A stretch of DNA of 64,000 bases from Heterodontus francisci (taxonomy: Eukaryota), in the NCBI RefSeq assembly GCF_036365525.1, contig NC_090387.1, forward strand, positions 16,072,375-16,136,374. Reading direction: 5' to 3'. Shown in pieces: positions 63,101 to 64,000 of the stretch. Position 1 is the first letter of the stretch; each line of letters begins with the position of its first letter. The notes beneath the pieces are model-generated. The model searched no databases. It saw only the letters and a list, made by a program, of their open reading frames with translations, and was not told where the DNA came from. A program made the position numbers and the translations under genes.

Positions 63101-64000
63101 TGAGTGTCTTTAGATCATCCAAAAATTGGGGTATCACGGCCTAGCCTGATCTTATCTGCACCTGAACACGTTTTAACAGGAGTTACTGGAAAGTGATCAA
63201 GAGTGAACACCCTGGTTGATTTTTTTTCTTCCTCTTTGCTGCCTACGGTTATTGGGGCTCGTTCTCTGCTACCTCCTCACATGAGGTCAAACAATGGGCA
63301 CAAATTGGTCACTGAGTTTGGGGCCTCCTAGCCATGTGGTGAATTGAACAACAGGGCAATCAAGGGACAAAAGGGGATTTGAGGTTTTAAACAGATTTTA
63401 TTACCATTGCAGCAATAACTTGAAAAAAAAGATTATAACTGATGCATGCTCTCGAGTAGGAGGCTAATAGTTAAATAGAGGTCACGTCTGAGCCAACAGT
63501 GTAAATATTTCCACAAGTGAGACTGAGCTGATACTCACAAGTGACAAATGCACGTGGATCATGGTTAACCTCACAGATGAAGATACTTAGAATCACACTC
63601 TGTCCGTAACCTTCTACTTATAACACTTGAAAACTGAAGAAAAGGATTAATTTTAATGTGTATTTTTAGCTGGAAAAAAAATGAATGTGATGCCATTCCA
63701 GCACTCTGAAGTCCTGCCAGTGGAAATGTTATTTTTATTTCAACTGATATCTTTCCACATGAAAGTTATAATGTGGAATTATATGATCCAGTTACTATGA
63801 CTGCAGTTATGTTTGGCCCCATTGCCATCCATACTGTGGTTCTCAATAGTTCACATCAGGTCAGTGAAGAAGCCACATCACTAATTCCTAATAAGCCTCA
63901 TGTGAAACAGATGCATTTCAACAGAAATATTTTAAAGTATATGCAAAAATTATCGATGTAGGAAATAGAATTTCTTAACAAGCCACTCTGGATGACAATA

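Noticed and set aside
63773-63961. 62-aa ORF with a possible internal donor (CAG|GTCAGT)
   Set aside because: Unrecognised peptide with no clear acceptor. Insufficient evidence.
1-64000. Prokaryote-style systems (CRISPR arrays, retrons, DGRs, operons) suggested by the many RT ORFs
   Set aside because: All RT fragments are eukaryotic LINE types, and no regularly spaced repeat-spacer array or operon structure is present.

Overview
Eukaryotic, repeat-dense vertebrate DNA, very probably from a shark or other cartilaginous fish (it carries HE1-type tRNA SINEs, SacSINE1-type Deu-domain SINEs and many CR1 and L2 LINE fragments). I could not identify a host protein-coding gene. The only host-like features are a CpG-rich putative promoter with spliced first exons at about 28.0-28.8 kb and a few motif-rich non-repeat blocks. 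Most long ORFs are transposon-derived. The main elements are: a young, nearly intact 5'-truncated RTE-clade LINE (1416-4120); about 20 CR1 fragments from two families; a deleted Gmr1-like Gypsy LTR element with a SCAN-like gag and protease-integrase order (32457-37739); a decayed two-gene Harbinger/PIF transposon with a spliced Myb/SANT gene and a HARBI1-type transposase (45616-50709); related MITEs; and a young 235-bp hairpin insertion carrying a minimal hammerhead-ribozyme motif (36669-36903). I found no convincing wholly novel system. The best leads are the hammerhead hairpin, the Harbinger/MITE family, the possibly horizontally acquired RTE and the orphan first exons. Family names come from recalled consensus motifs, not database searches, and boundaries of old repeats are approximate.
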